DNA from: an uncultured Candidatus Binatia bacterium
Lineage (GTDB): Bacteria > Desulfobacterota > Binatia > UBA1149
DNA length: 58,637 bases
Direction: 5' to 3'
Assembly (NCBI GenBank): GCA_963579235.1
Contig: CAUZFM010000001.1
Coordinates: forward strand, 1 to 58,637
Under the pieces are notes generated by a model. It did not search any database, was not told where the DNA came from, and worked only from the letters and a program-made list of their open reading frames with translations. Within the stretch, counting starts at the first letter, position 1. Each line of letters begins with the position of its first letter. Both the position numbers and the translations under genes were made by a program. This document shows, piece by piece, positions 20,664-30,035 of this stretch.

Positions 20664-22355
20664 TCAGCCCCCCGGACTCAGCGAGTGTTTCTGCAGGGCC
20701 GTGGGTACGTACCAGCGTTCGAAGTTATAGGAGATGCCGGCCGGCGCCGGCTCTATGCCGTGAAAGCGACGGTGGACGGCGGGCAGGCTCTCGGCAACGT
20801 AGAGAAACGTATAGGGCTGCTGCTCGACGAGTATTTCCTGGAACCTGTCGTAGGCCTTCTTGCGCTCCTGGCGATCAAAGCTGCGGCGCGCGCTGTCGAG
20901 CAGGTCGTCGACTTCCTGGTCGGCAAACGACACGAAGTTAAACTCCTTCTCGGAGGTCTTCGACGAGTGCCATATATCGTACTGGTCGGGGTCCAGGCCC
21001 AGCGACCAGCCCAGCACCACCGCGTCGAACGCGCGCTTGTCGACAAAATCATTGATGAACGCCGACCACTCTATGACCCGGACATCCGCCTTGACGCCGA
21101 TCTCCTTGAAGCGCCGCTGTATGATGGTGGCGGTCTTCAAGCGCAGGTCGTTGCCCTGGTTGGTGAGAATCTTGAACTCAAACTCCTTGCCCTCGCGGTC
21201 GAGCACGCCGTTGTCATCGCTGTCGCTCCAGCCGGCCTCGGCCAGCAGTTGCCGTGAACGGGCGGGGTCGAAAGCCAGGTCCTTGATGCTATCATTGTGC
21301 CAGAAAGTGCCGGGCTTGTACGGCACCCGCGCCGGTGCGCCCAGCCCGAGCAGTACCGCGTCGACGATTTCCTGCTTGTTTATCGCGTGACTCAAGGCCC
21401 GCCGCACGCGTTGGTCCTTGAACAGATCGTTGCGCAGGTTGTAGCCAAGATAGGTGTAGCTGTTGGCGAGGTACTTGTAGCGGGCAAAGTTGTTTTTGAA
21501 GGCGTCGCTCGAGGTCTGGCGGCTGTACTGCAACGGGGTGAGCCCCATCATGTCGAGGCCGCCCGTCTTGAGCTCAAGAAACTGGGTCTGCTGGTCGGGT
21601 ATGATGCGGTAGACCACGCGCTCCACGTAAGCGCGACCACGGTAGTAGTCGTGGTTGGCCTGCAGCGAGATATCGGTGCCGGCGGTCCAGCTCTCCAGCT
21701 TGTAACGGCCCAGCCCCACCGGGTGGCGGGCAAAGTCGGTGGCTGAGTTTATGTCGCGCCCCTCGAGCAGATGGCGCGGCAAGACCACGAGGTTGTTCCA
21801 GCTGGCCAGCGCCGGGGCGAAGGGTTTGTCGTAAGTGACCTTAAACGTAAAATCGTCGATGACCTCAAAGAGCGAAACCTGCCGGTAGTCCTCCGCATAG
21901 GCCGTCAGGGTCGTGGGGTCGGTGATGGTCTTAAAACCATACTCTATGTCGCGGGCCGTAAACGGTTCGCCGTCTTGCCAGCGCACGTCCTCGCGCAGGT
22001 GAAAGGTGATCTCCAGCCCGTCTTCGCTCACGTCCCAGCTGCTCGCGAGCCTGGGCTCAAGCTGGTCCTGGTTGCGGTCGTAAGTGAGCAAGGGGTCAAA
22101 CACCAGCGATGCCACCGAGTGCGACGAGCTGTCGCCGGCGAGCATGGGAATAAGATTGGAGGCGTCGCCGATGCTGCCCTCGAGTATGGCGTCACCCGTG
22201 GCGGGCGAAAGATCGATGTCGGCTGCCGGGCCAACGTCGTTGGCGCCGGGGCCGGACTTGCAGCCCACCAGGGCCAGCAATGCCACCGCCAGCATCAGGC
22301 CCTGCATCTTGTGCCCCGGCACTGGGCTCGTCTTGTTTATTTGCAGCCGCAACAT
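20664..22355 (-). CDS. ABC transporter substrate-binding lipoprotein, family 5 (OppA/DppA/MppA-like)
   Basis: 563 aa with lipobox LALVGC. The overall pattern is typical of SBP_bac_5. Confidence 0.88.
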   Translation of the reverse strand: MLRLQINKTSPVPGHKMQGLMLAVALLALVGCKSGPGANDVGPAADIDLSPATGDAILEGSIGDASNLIPMLAGDSSSHSVASLVFDPLLTYDRNQDQLEPRLASSWDVSEDGLEITFHLREDVRWQDGEPFTARDIEYGFKTITDPTTLTAYAEDYRQVSLFEVIDDFTFKVTYDKPFAPALASWNNLVVLPRHLLEGRDINSATDFARHPVGLGRYKLESWTAGTDISLQANHDYYRGRAYVERVVYRIIPDQQTQFLELKTGGLDMMGLTPLQYSRQTSSDAFKNNFARYKYLANSYTYLGYNLRNDLFKDQRVRRALSHAINKQEIVDAVLLGLGAPARVPYKPGTFWHNDSIKDLAFDPARSRQLLAEAGWSDSDDNGVLDREGKEFEFKILTNQGNDLRLKTATIIQRRFKEIGVKADVRVIEWSAFINDFVDKRAFDAVVLGWSLGLDPDQYDIWHSSKTSEKEFNFVSFADQEVDDLLDSARRSFDRQERKKAYDRFQEILVEQQPYTFLYVAESLPAVHRRFHGIEPAPAGISYNFERWYVPTALQKHSLSPGG

Positions 22356-23146
22356 CAGACCTCCTCTACTTTAACCCCCGGGCCGGGCTCAAGCCGAAAC
22401 AGCTCGTCGCCCATATCCAGGTTTCGCCAGATTTTCGAGTATACCAGCCGTATCCTGCCACCGTCGGAAAGCTCCAACTGCAACTCGTGCGGCAGGCGCG
22501 CGCCGTCGGTTTTCTTCCAGTCCTTGAACTGCGCGCGCCACGAGACCTGGCCGCTTGAGCCGTAACGCTGGGCCTCCACGACATCACTTGCCCGTGCGCG
22601 CAGCGTGGCCGACCAGCGATCTGTGCCGTCGGAAGCCGACGAGACCGTGCAGCCGTCGCCTGACGACCAGGCCCTGGCAAGAACATCCCCGTCGGTGGCC
22701 GGTGGAAGGCCGCGCAGCAGGTAGATCATGTCGTTAAGCGGCAGATCGAGATCGGTCATGCGCGCGAGGCTCTCACGGCCCGCCGTTCCAAGGTAAAGCA
22801 CTCCTTCACCACGATCCCAGGCGGCGACGCGACCGCCCTCCGCCGTGACCGACCAAGCCGGGCCGAAGGGCGTCATCACGTCAATACGCAACCGCTCAGC
22901 ACCGTCCACGCTCACCATCCACGACAGCTTGCGATGACCCTGCGGCCCGTCGTACTCGAAGCGGGCCTGCCCCCTGAAGGTGGCCACGGACTGCTCGCGC
23001 TCAACAAACGCCGCCTGCAGGTCAGCCTGGCTTGTGCAGCGGGCGAGCTCCACGGAGCTGCTGCCCTGCATAGAGCAAGCGCCAAGCGTCAACGCGACGG
23101 CGGCAAACATCACCGCGCACGGGATCGCCGGCGGCGGCCTCTTCAT
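22355..23146 (-). CDS. Lipoprotein of unknown function (possibly LolB/DUF4292-like fold)
   Basis: 263 aa with signal peptide and lipobox (VALTLGAC). Start and stop each overlap the neighbours by 1 nt. The family assignment is a guess. Confidence 0.55.
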   Translation of the reverse strand: MKRPPPAIPCAVMFAAVALTLGACSMQGSSSVELARCTSQADLQAAFVEREQSVATFRGQARFEYDGPQGHRKLSWMVSVDGAERLRIDVMTPFGPAWSVTAEGGRVAAWDRGEGVLYLGTAGRESLARMTDLDLPLNDMIYLLRGLPPATDGDVLARAWSSGDGCTVSSASDGTDRWSATLRARASDVVEAQRYGSSGQVSWRAQFKDWKKTDGARLPHELQLELSDGGRIRLVYSKIWRNLDMGDELFRLEPGPGVKVEEV

Positions 23147-24912
23147 TACAGTTCCGGCGGGGTCGCGGACAGCTGATTCTCCAGGTCCCTGAGCTTGCCC
23201 CTTACCCGCTCGACCAGCTCGTGATCCTTGCCGCGGGCCTCGCTGTCGCGGTAAGCCCGCCGGGCTTCGGCCACCCGCCCCACCTTGACGTAAGCGTCGG
23301 CGAGGTGCTCACGCACCACCGGGTCGTGGCCTATGAGCTCCATTGCGCGCTCAAGCTCGACCACGGCCGACTCGTAGTCTCCCTTCTGGTAGTAAACCCA
23401 ACCCAGGCTGTCGAGGATGGCGCCATCGTTGGGGTAGACCACCAGCGCGCGGCGTATGAGGTCCTCGGCCTCGTCCAGGTTCTCGCCTTGCTCGGCAAAA
23501 GTGTAGCCGAGGTGGTTGAGCGCCATACCATTTTCGGGGTTGATCTCGAGTACCTGCCTGAGCAATTGGCTCGCCTCCTCGTGCCGCCCCATTTCATCGT
23601 TGACCAGCGCCAGCAGGTAGAGATAAGAATCGTTTCCGGGGTAGGCGGCCACCAGCACCCGGCCCGCCTTGAGGGCGCGCTGGTAGTCGTGCGAGCCCGA
23701 GTAGAGCGTGACCAGGAATCGTAACGCGTCGACATTGTCGCGGTCCACTTTCACCACCGCGTTGAGCACCTCTATGGCGTCGGCAATCCGTTCGGCTGCC
23801 ACCAGCACATGGGCGAGGTCCATGCTGCCCTGCGCAAAGTGCCCCGAGTCGGTGGGTATGCGCCGCAACTGGCGCTCTGCCTCCCTGGTGTCGCCCTCCT
23901 GCAGGTAGGTATTGGCCAGGTAGTAGCGCACCCTGCCATCGTCGGGCCGGGCGGCCAGCGCCAACTCGAACTCTGTCCGAGCCCTGTCGTAGTCGCCCCG
24001 CCGCAGGCTTATCAGGCCTACCTTGACCTGCGTGTCGACAGGATCGACCTCGCGCGGCATCAGGTCCTCGTACTGCCGCAGGGCTTTGTCGAGCTGGCCC
24101 TGGCTTACGTACAACTTGCCGAGCTCCCTGCGCGCGGCGAGCAGGTCTGGGTTGAAGTCGAGCGCACGCTGATAAGATTCGATGGCCTGCTCGGTCAGTT
24201 CCAGGCGCGTGTAGACGTAACCCATCTCGAGATAGACCTGGTCGGACACCGGGCCCAGCTCGGTGGCCCTGCGGTACGACACGCTCGCGCGCTCGAAGTC
24301 GCCCGACAAAGCGTAGGAACGACCAAGATAGGAAATGGCGATGGCCGAGTCGGGATCATAAAAGGTCGCCTTCTCGAGCACGGCGACCGCCTTTTCGTAG
24401 TCGCCGGTACGGTTGTAGAGCGCGCCCAGCTGCACGAGCACCTCCACGTTGTCGGGATGTTCCACCAGCAGCAGTAAGTGCTGCTCTATAGCCTCTTCGT
24501 AGCGGGCCAATGACACCAGCAGGTCAGCCACCAGGACCTGGTTCTTGAAATCTTCGGGATCGATGTCGGTCAGCAGGCGCCCCTGGGCCAGGGCCATGTC
24601 GAGTTGGCCGGAGCGTATGTAGAGGTGCAGCAAGCGCTCGCGCAGCAAGGGCTCGTCGGGGTCCAGCGAAACCGCGAGCTGCATCTCGCGGGTGGCGCGC
24701 TGGTTGTCGCCTTCATCGGCTGCCACCAACGAGACCAGGAAGTGCCCGCGTGCCTGGTCGGCAGCGCTTATTTCCATGTCGGCGTAAGTCTGGGGCAGGT
24801 CCGACAGGCCGCGTCCGTTCATGCGCGCAGCGCCGGGAGCGCAGGCCTGTGCAAACGCCGCCACGAGCAGGCAGGCGATGCCCCGGCTGGTCATCTTAGA
24901 AAGCAGAACCAC
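23146..24912 (-). CDS. Tetratricopeptide-repeat (TPR) protein, exported
   Basis: 588 aa with an N-terminal hydrophobic signal (CLLVAAFAQAC), followed by many 34-aa A/Y/L-patterned repeats. Confidence 0.85.
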   Translation of the reverse strand: MVLLSKMTSRGIACLLVAAFAQACAPGAARMNGRGLSDLPQTYADMEISAADQARGHFLVSLVAADEGDNQRATREMQLAVSLDPDEPLLRERLLHLYIRSGQLDMALAQGRLLTDIDPEDFKNQVLVADLLVSLARYEEAIEQHLLLLVEHPDNVEVLVQLGALYNRTGDYEKAVAVLEKATFYDPDSAIAISYLGRSYALSGDFERASVSYRRATELGPVSDQVYLEMGYVYTRLELTEQAIESYQRALDFNPDLLAARRELGKLYVSQGQLDKALRQYEDLMPREVDPVDTQVKVGLISLRRGDYDRARTEFELALAARPDDGRVRYYLANTYLQEGDTREAERQLRRIPTDSGHFAQGSMDLAHVLVAAERIADAIEVLNAVVKVDRDNVDALRFLVTLYSGSHDYQRALKAGRVLVAAYPGNDSYLYLLALVNDEMGRHEEASQLLRQVLEINPENGMALNHLGYTFAEQGENLDEAEDLIRRALVVYPNDGAILDSLGWVYYQKGDYESAVVELERAMELIGHDPVVREHLADAYVKVGRVAEARRAYRDSEARGKDHELVERVRGKLRDLENQLSATPPEL

Positions 24913-25032
24913 GACTCCCCAAGGCTACCACGACCTTTGAGCGTTGAACACAAGCGTTGGGGCAAGTGCGCGTGCCCGTCGCCGCTTGCCCGCTGGGCAC
25001 GCACAGGCTAACCGTGGGGAGAGGCACACGCG

Positions 25033-25824
25033 GTGATCATCAACTGGCTGTTCGTAATTTTTCCTGCCGAGATGCGCAGCGCCTGGAGACTGGTGCGTCG
25101 CGATCTCGCGCTGTGGCTGGGGCTGGCCGGACTGCTGGCCGTGCTTGCCGCCGCCGGCCCGGTTGACGGCAGCGCCGGGGCCCTGTCGGCCCTGCTCACC
25201 GTCCCCATCGCCCTGCTGATGATGTTCCTGCCGGTAGTACTGTTTCACGCCGCCCACCTCGGCGTTACCGTGGGCTGGCGCGAAGTGCTGGCGCTGTTCG
25301 CCGAACGCGGTCTGGGCCTGCTACTCTTCGGTATGCTAGCGGCCCTGCTTTGCGCCGCCGCTGCCACGGTGGCCGTGGCCGGTGCCATGCTGGCCACCCG
25401 CGGCAGCGAGCTGATGCCCGCCGTGTCGGCGGCAGTGGGCATAATAGTGTACCTGTCGCTGTTCGTGCGCTTCTGCCTGCTGCCCTTCGTGGTCGTCCTG
25501 CAGCGGCGCGAAGACCTCGGCGCTTTGCTCAGCAGCGTGCGCCCGGCGTTCAAGGGCGTGGTGCCGTGGCTGTGGCCGCTGTTTGCCAGCAGCCAACTCA
25601 CCGCTGTCTGTCGCTGGAGACTGACCCCCTACGTGTTCCTGATCAACCTGGGTCCGGCCGGCGCGCTCATAGTACCGCCCGAAATGCAGCTTCCCTTCGT
25701 GGTGGTCTGGCAAATGGTGATGCTGGTCATGCAGGGAGTACTCTTCGACTACTTTCTCGCGACCAGCGACGCTGCCGGTGTAGCAGCCGACAACAGGCCG
25801 CTCGTACCCACCGAAGAAAGCTGA
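25033..25824 (+). CDS. Hypothetical integral membrane protein
   Basis: 263 aa with about 6 hydrophobic spans. No family recognised. Confidence 0.55.
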   Translation: MIINWLFVIFPAEMRSAWRLVRRDLALWLGLAGLLAVLAAAGPVDGSAGALSALLTVPIALLMMFLPVVLFHAAHLGVTVGWREVLALFAERGLGLLLFGMLAALLCAAAATVAVAGAMLATRGSELMPAVSAAVGIIVYLSLFVRFCLLPFVVVLQRREDLGALLSSVRPAFKGVVPWLWPLFASSQLTAVCRWRLTPYVFLINLGPAGALIVPPEMQLPFVVVWQMVMLVMQGVLFDYFLATSDAAGVAADNRPLVPTEES

Positions 25825-25827
25825 AGC

Positions 25828-26280
25828 TCAGTCGCTGTCGTCAGCGTGGTCGTCGTCGCCATGATCGCAATCGGCCAGCGAACCTATCCACACCTCGCCA
25901 CCCTCAAAAGTTTCTTTCTTCCATATCGGCGCCACGTGCTTGAGCTGGTCGATGGCGTAGCGACAGGCCTCGAATGCCTCGACCCGGTGCGGAGTTGAGA
26001 CCGCTATTACGACGCTGGCCTCGCCTATCTCGACTTTGCCGCTGCGATGTACCATGGCCACCGCGGATCCCTGCCAGCGAGAGCGTATATCGTCGGCGAT
26101 GCCCGTGAGCTGCTCGACTGCCATTTCAGCGTAGACTTCGTACTCCAGGCTGATAACACGGCGCCCGCGGTTGCTGTCCCTGGTGGTGCCCATGAAGGTC
26201 ACCACGGCGCCAGCGCCCGGGCCCCCGACAGCGGCCTCAACGGCCGCCACGTCGATGATCGTGTCAGTTATTTCTATCAT
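25828..26280 (-). CDS. moaE: Molybdopterin synthase catalytic subunit MoaE
   Basis: 150 aa with GAVVTFMGTTRD, HRSGKVEIGEASVVIAVSTPHR and APIWKKE. Confidence 0.9.
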   Translation of the reverse strand: MIEITDTIIDVAAVEAAVGGPGAGAVVTFMGTTRDSNRGRRVISLEYEVYAEMAVEQLTGIADDIRSRWQGSAVAMVHRSGKVEIGEASVVIAVSTPHRVEAFEACRYAIDQLKHVAPIWKKETFEGGEVWIGSLADCDHGDDDHADDSD

Positions 26281-26567
26281 CCAGTTTTCCTGTCGCCGGG
26301 TTCCTTGCGGCCACAGCCACCGCTCACCGGCGGAATAATGGCGGCCTCGTCACCGTCTGCCAACTTGTGCCCGTTGTCCACGTACTCGCGGTTGACCGCC
26401 ACCCTCAAGCTGGCGACGCCGGCCTCGTTGAGCCCACGCTTGTGCGACAGTTCGGCCAGCAGCTCTGCCACCGTACTGTCGGCGGCCAGCTGGAGCTGCT
26501 CGTCGTGCAGGCCGAGACGCTCGCGCACGATTCCGAAGTACAGCACGCGGATACTTATGGCGCTCAT
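26277..26567 (-). CDS. moaD: Molybdopterin synthase sulfur-carrier subunit MoaD, with a 12-aa extension after Gly-Gly
   Basis: RVLYFGIVRERLG...DGDEAAIIPPVSGG followed by CGRKEPGDRKTG*. ATGA overlap with moaE, and ATGA-type overlap with moaB upstream. Confidence 0.85.
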   Translation of the reverse strand: MSAISIRVLYFGIVRERLGLHDEQLQLAADSTVAELLAELSHKRGLNEAGVASLRVAVNREYVDNGHKLADGDEAAIIPPVSGGCGRKEPGDRKTG

Positions 26568-27091
26568 CGTAATTCTGCGGCCGGTCTTACCAGCGCGACC
26601 AGGTGCCCCAGCTCGGGCACCAGCAGTTTCTCAGCCGCCAGCCGGCAGGCTGCCGTGGAGCCGGGCAGCGAGAACAACAGCACGTCGCCAGCCACGCCGG
26701 CCACGGCGCGCGAGAGCATCGCCGCGGCGCCTATCTCCTCGTAGCTGAGCGAGCGAAAAAGCTCGCCAAACCCGTCGAGCCTCTTGTCGAGCAGCGAATC
26801 CACCACCTCAAAGGTGCCGTCCCGCGGGGCCAGGCCGGTGCCACCGGTGAGGATCACTGCATCCGCCTCGCCTGCCGCCAGCAGCCCCTTGAGCAGGGAA
26901 CGCACGAGATCGGGTTCGTCGGCCACGAGCTCCCGGGAGGCCACCCGGTGGCCCGCCTGCTCGAGTCGCGCCTGCAGTTCGTCTCCCGACGAATCGTTTT
27001 CGGCCGTGCGCGTGTCTGAAACCGTGACGACCACGCAGGCTACCGCGCGCTGCCCGTCCTTTCTGTGCTCGTGAACGCTCAAGTCCCGCAT
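26564..27091 (-). CDS. moaB: Molybdenum cofactor biosynthesis protein B (MoaB/MogA family)
   Basis: ACVVVTVSDTRT...DAVILTGGTGLAPRD...AMLSRAVAGV...LFSLPGS. The start is taken at the internal ATG (MRDLSVHEH) by comparison with E. coli MoaB length. Confidence 0.85.
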   Translation of the reverse strand: MRDLSVHEHRKDGQRAVACVVVTVSDTRTAENDSSGDELQARLEQAGHRVASRELVADEPDLVRSLLKGLLAAGEADAVILTGGTGLAPRDGTFEVVDSLLDKRLDGFGELFRSLSYEEIGAAAMLSRAVAGVAGDVLLFSLPGSTAACRLAAEKLLVPELGHLVALVRPAAELR

Positions 27092-27219
27092 TGTCCACGG
27101 TTGCAGCACTAGACCAAGCGCAGTTCCGGGGGCGATCGCGTAGCAACCGCGCGAAACATACCTCCTCGCCATACGCCGCCTCGTTTCCCGCGGACCCGGG
27201 TGCCCGCTATAAGAAGCAA

Positions 27220-28569
27220 ATGCAGTCACCAGCCGACAAGCAGGACGCCGGTCTCTCGACGCTGGCCGAGGCCTCGCGGCAACGCGGGTTCTACATGGAG
27301 ACCTATGGCTGCCAGATGAACCTGGCCGACAGCGAGCTGATACAGGGCGTGCTTGAGAAGGCCGGCTACCGACCGGTGGCCGACCCGCTGGACGCCGGTG
27401 TGGTGCTGCTCAACACCTGCGCCATACGCGAGCACGCCGAGCAACGCGTAGCCCAACGCGTGCGAGCGCTCATATCGGCCAGCCGTAACTCGCGCGTGCG
27501 CATAGGACTGGCGGGCTGCATGGCGCAGCACCACCGCGAAAAATTGCTCGCCGCCATCCCCGGCCTCGACTTCGTGGTGGGCCCGGACGGCTACCGCGGA
27601 CTGGGCGAACTGCTCAACGCCGAGGGTGGCTTTGCCCAACTTCGGCTCGACCGCGACGAGACCTACGCCGACATAAGCCCCGTGCGCGGCGAGGGCACAC
27701 GGGCGTGGCTGACCATCATGCGCGGCTGCAACCGCTTCTGTACCTTCTGCGTGGTGCCGTACGTGCGCGGTCGCGAACGCAGCCTGCCCGCCCCGGTACT
27801 GCTCAACGAGCTGCGCAGCATCGCTGAACAGGGCTACAAGGAAGTCGTAATGCTCGGGCAGACCGTGAACGCCTACGAGCACGACGGGGTCGACTTTGCC
27901 GCGCTGCTGAGGATGGCCTCGTCGGTGGACGGCATCGAGCGGGTGCGCTTTACCTCGCCCCACCCGGCCGACATGAGCGCACGCGACATCGAGGCCATGG
28001 CCGACTGCGACAAGGTGATGCCGCAACTGCACCTGCCCCTGCAAAGCGGGTCCGACAGCGTGCTCAAGGCCATGGACAGGGGCCACGACATGGAGCAGTA
28101 CCTGCGCCTGGTTGAGCAGGTGCGCGCCGCTGTGCCCGACGTCGCCTTGTCGACCGACATCATCGTGGGATTCCCGGGTGAGAGTGAAAGCGACTTCGAA
28201 GCCACCTCGGCGGTAATGGACGAAGTCGGTTTTGACCATGCCTACATGTTCAAGTACTCGCGACGCGAGCGCACGCGGGCCGAGAACATCGAAGAGACCG
28301 TGAGCGAAGAAGAAAAATCGACGCGGCTGAGCCGGCTGATCGACGAGCAGCAAGAGCGCGCGGGGGCCATAAACGAGCGAATGCTTGGGCAGCTGACGCA
28401 GGTGCTGGCCGACTCACCGGCGAAGAAGCAGGCCGGTTGGCTGGCGGGAAAGAACCCCCAGTACAAGACGGTGGTGTTCGACCCGCACGGGGCCGAGGTC
28501 GGTGAGCTGGTGGACGTGAAGATAGAAGCCACGGGTCCGCGCACCCTGCGCGGACAGCGCGTCGCTTAA
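27220..28569 (+). CDS. miaB: tRNA-i6A37 methylthiotransferase MiaB (radical SAM)
   Basis: FYMETYGCQMNLADSE, radical-SAM CNRFCTFCVVP, and a TRAM domain at the C-terminus. The start is taken at ATG 27220. Confidence 0.95.
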   Translation: MQSPADKQDAGLSTLAEASRQRGFYMETYGCQMNLADSELIQGVLEKAGYRPVADPLDAGVVLLNTCAIREHAEQRVAQRVRALISASRNSRVRIGLAGCMAQHHREKLLAAIPGLDFVVGPDGYRGLGELLNAEGGFAQLRLDRDETYADISPVRGEGTRAWLTIMRGCNRFCTFCVVPYVRGRERSLPAPVLLNELRSIAEQGYKEVVMLGQTVNAYEHDGVDFAALLRMASSVDGIERVRFTSPHPADMSARDIEAMADCDKVMPQLHLPLQSGSDSVLKAMDRGHDMEQYLRLVEQVRAAVPDVALSTDIIVGFPGESESDFEATSAVMDEVGFDHAYMFKYSRRERTRAENIEETVSEEEKSTRLSRLIDEQQERAGAINERMLGQLTQVLADSPAKKQAGWLAGKNPQYKTVVFDPHGAEVGELVDVKIEATGPRTLRGQRVA

Positions 28570-29315
28570 AGAACTGCCGCGGCGATAAAAGCGCCAACGC
28601 GCGTGGCAAACCACTGGGGGTCCTCAATGTAGATGCCGTGGCCACGGCCTTCAACGATCTCCAGTTCACTGCCGGCTATCGTGCGGCTGAGTATCACCGA
28701 CCCACCGGCGCCCAGGAAATCCTTGTCGCCGACGATGATCAGCGTCGGTATCTCGACCGCACGCAGGGCCTCGGTCAGCGGCTCGTCGTTGATGCTCGCC
28801 ATCGCGCGCGCCATCTGCCCCAGGCCGGCGCCGTCGGGCACGGGGCCAGAGCCCTTCTTCATACCCATGGCCTTCATCGCCGACTCGCCACCCTCGGTGA
28901 CCGCCTTTTCTGCCGTAGAGCGGTACCAGGCGGCAGTGCGCTCGTTGCACTCACTGGCCGTACCCACCAGCACCAGGCTGTCCACCCGCTCGGAAATCTC
29001 AACGGCTGACTGCATGGCGACCACGCCGCCGGCCGAGTGGCCCACCAGCGACACCGACGCGAGGTCGAGCGCGTCGAGAAGGCCGGCCAGGTCGGCCACG
29101 AGGTCAGAACGGGTACAGGGTGCAGGGTCGGGCGAAGAATCGCCGTGCGACCTCATGTCGAAACAAACGGTACGAAAGCGTTGGCTGAGAAGCCCGGCCT
29201 GCTCGGCCCACACCGAACCCGAGGCAGCCAGGCCGTGGACAAAAACCACTGCCGGAGCATCCGCGGGTCCTTCGATTTCGCAGGAGATCTGCCTGCCGTT
29301 GGCCGTTACGAGCAT
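28566..29315 (-). CDS. Alpha/beta-fold hydrolase
   Basis: VVFVHGLAASGSVW, nucleophile elbow VGHSAGG, C-terminal His (GRGHGIY). Start at the internal ATG (MLVTANG) is uncertain. Confidence 0.8.
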   Translation of the reverse strand: MLVTANGRQISCEIEGPADAPAVVFVHGLAASGSVWAEQAGLLSQRFRTVCFDMRSHGDSSPDPAPCTRSDLVADLAGLLDALDLASVSLVGHSAGGVVAMQSAVEISERVDSLVLVGTASECNERTAAWYRSTAEKAVTEGGESAMKAMGMKKGSGPVPDGAGLGQMARAMASINDEPLTEALRAVEIPTLIIVGDKDFLGAGGSVILSRTIAGSELEIVEGRGHGIYIEDPQWFATRVGAFIAAAVL

Positions 29316-29387
29316 CTGTTCAGACTGCCAACAGCCCGGCGCTGCCAATACCCTGCGGGCTCACCCGCGGGCATTCGGAGGCCCGGC

Positions 29388-29915
29388 TCAGAATACCAGG
29401 AAAGCGTTCAGGCTGGGTATGAAGGTGGTCTGCGTGTCGCCACCGCCGAGATCCACCAGCACCGGGACCTTCAGGGTAATGCCGCTGCTGTCGCCCAGGC
29501 GCAACCTCACGCCACCGCCGAGATAGCCTACCTCGGTAGTGCCGTCGCCCAGGCCCGAGCCCCGGCCGGCACCAGCCGCCACGAACACGCGGGTGCGCGC
29601 GTCGGTCTTGCTGTTGGAGTAAAACCTCAAGCCGGCGGTAAAGAGTTCGGCGGTACGGTAGTCCGAAGTCGCGCTGTCCTTCGCCTCGATGCGCGTGGCT
29701 GTCAGCTCAAGGGCCACCTTGTCGCTGAGGCCTGCCACCAGGCCGGCACGTCCCATCCAGCCCGCGTCCAGGTCTGCCCCGTCCTCCAGGCCGGTAAAAA
29801 GGCCGACGCCCAGCTCGGCTTCCAGATCAGCGGCCTCGGCGCTCGGTGCCACGGCGAGCAAGCTGCCGGCGGTCAACAGGGCCACTATTACTCTTAAAAA
29901 AGATCGCTTCGTCAT
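29388..29915 (-). CDS. Small outer-membrane beta-barrel protein (OmpX/OmpW/OMP_b-brl-like)
   Basis: Signal peptide ending AEA-AD, alternating-hydrophobic beta strands, and a C-terminal aromatic (..NAFLVF*). Confidence 0.7.
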   Translation of the reverse strand: MTKRSFLRVIVALLTAGSLLAVAPSAEAADLEAELGVGLFTGLEDGADLDAGWMGRAGLVAGLSDKVALELTATRIEAKDSATSDYRTAELFTAGLRFYSNSKTDARTRVFVAAGAGRGSGLGDGTTEVGYLGGGVRLRLGDSSGITLKVPVLVDLGGGDTQTTFIPSLNAFLVF

Positions 29916-30035
29916 GCTTACTCCCCCCTGAACGAACAGTCCGGGCAGGCCCGGACCAGAAGTCGTCAGCTAATACCGGAAGCCGGTCCAAGGCAAGGCT
30001 GCAGAACCGACCTTCAGGGCCCTTTGGCGGCGGCT

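Noticed and set aside
19671-21257. 528-aa plus-strand ORF.
   Set aside because: It is antisense to the well-supported OppB-like permease and SBP genes. Its extreme His/Arg/Gln/Gly composition marks it as a GC3 mirror artefact.
27092-27219. Possible Moco riboswitch in the divergent moaB/miaB intergenic region.
   Set aside because: The region is short (~128 nt) and I could not recognise the conserved Moco-motif helices or loops. A claim would need an Infernal scan.
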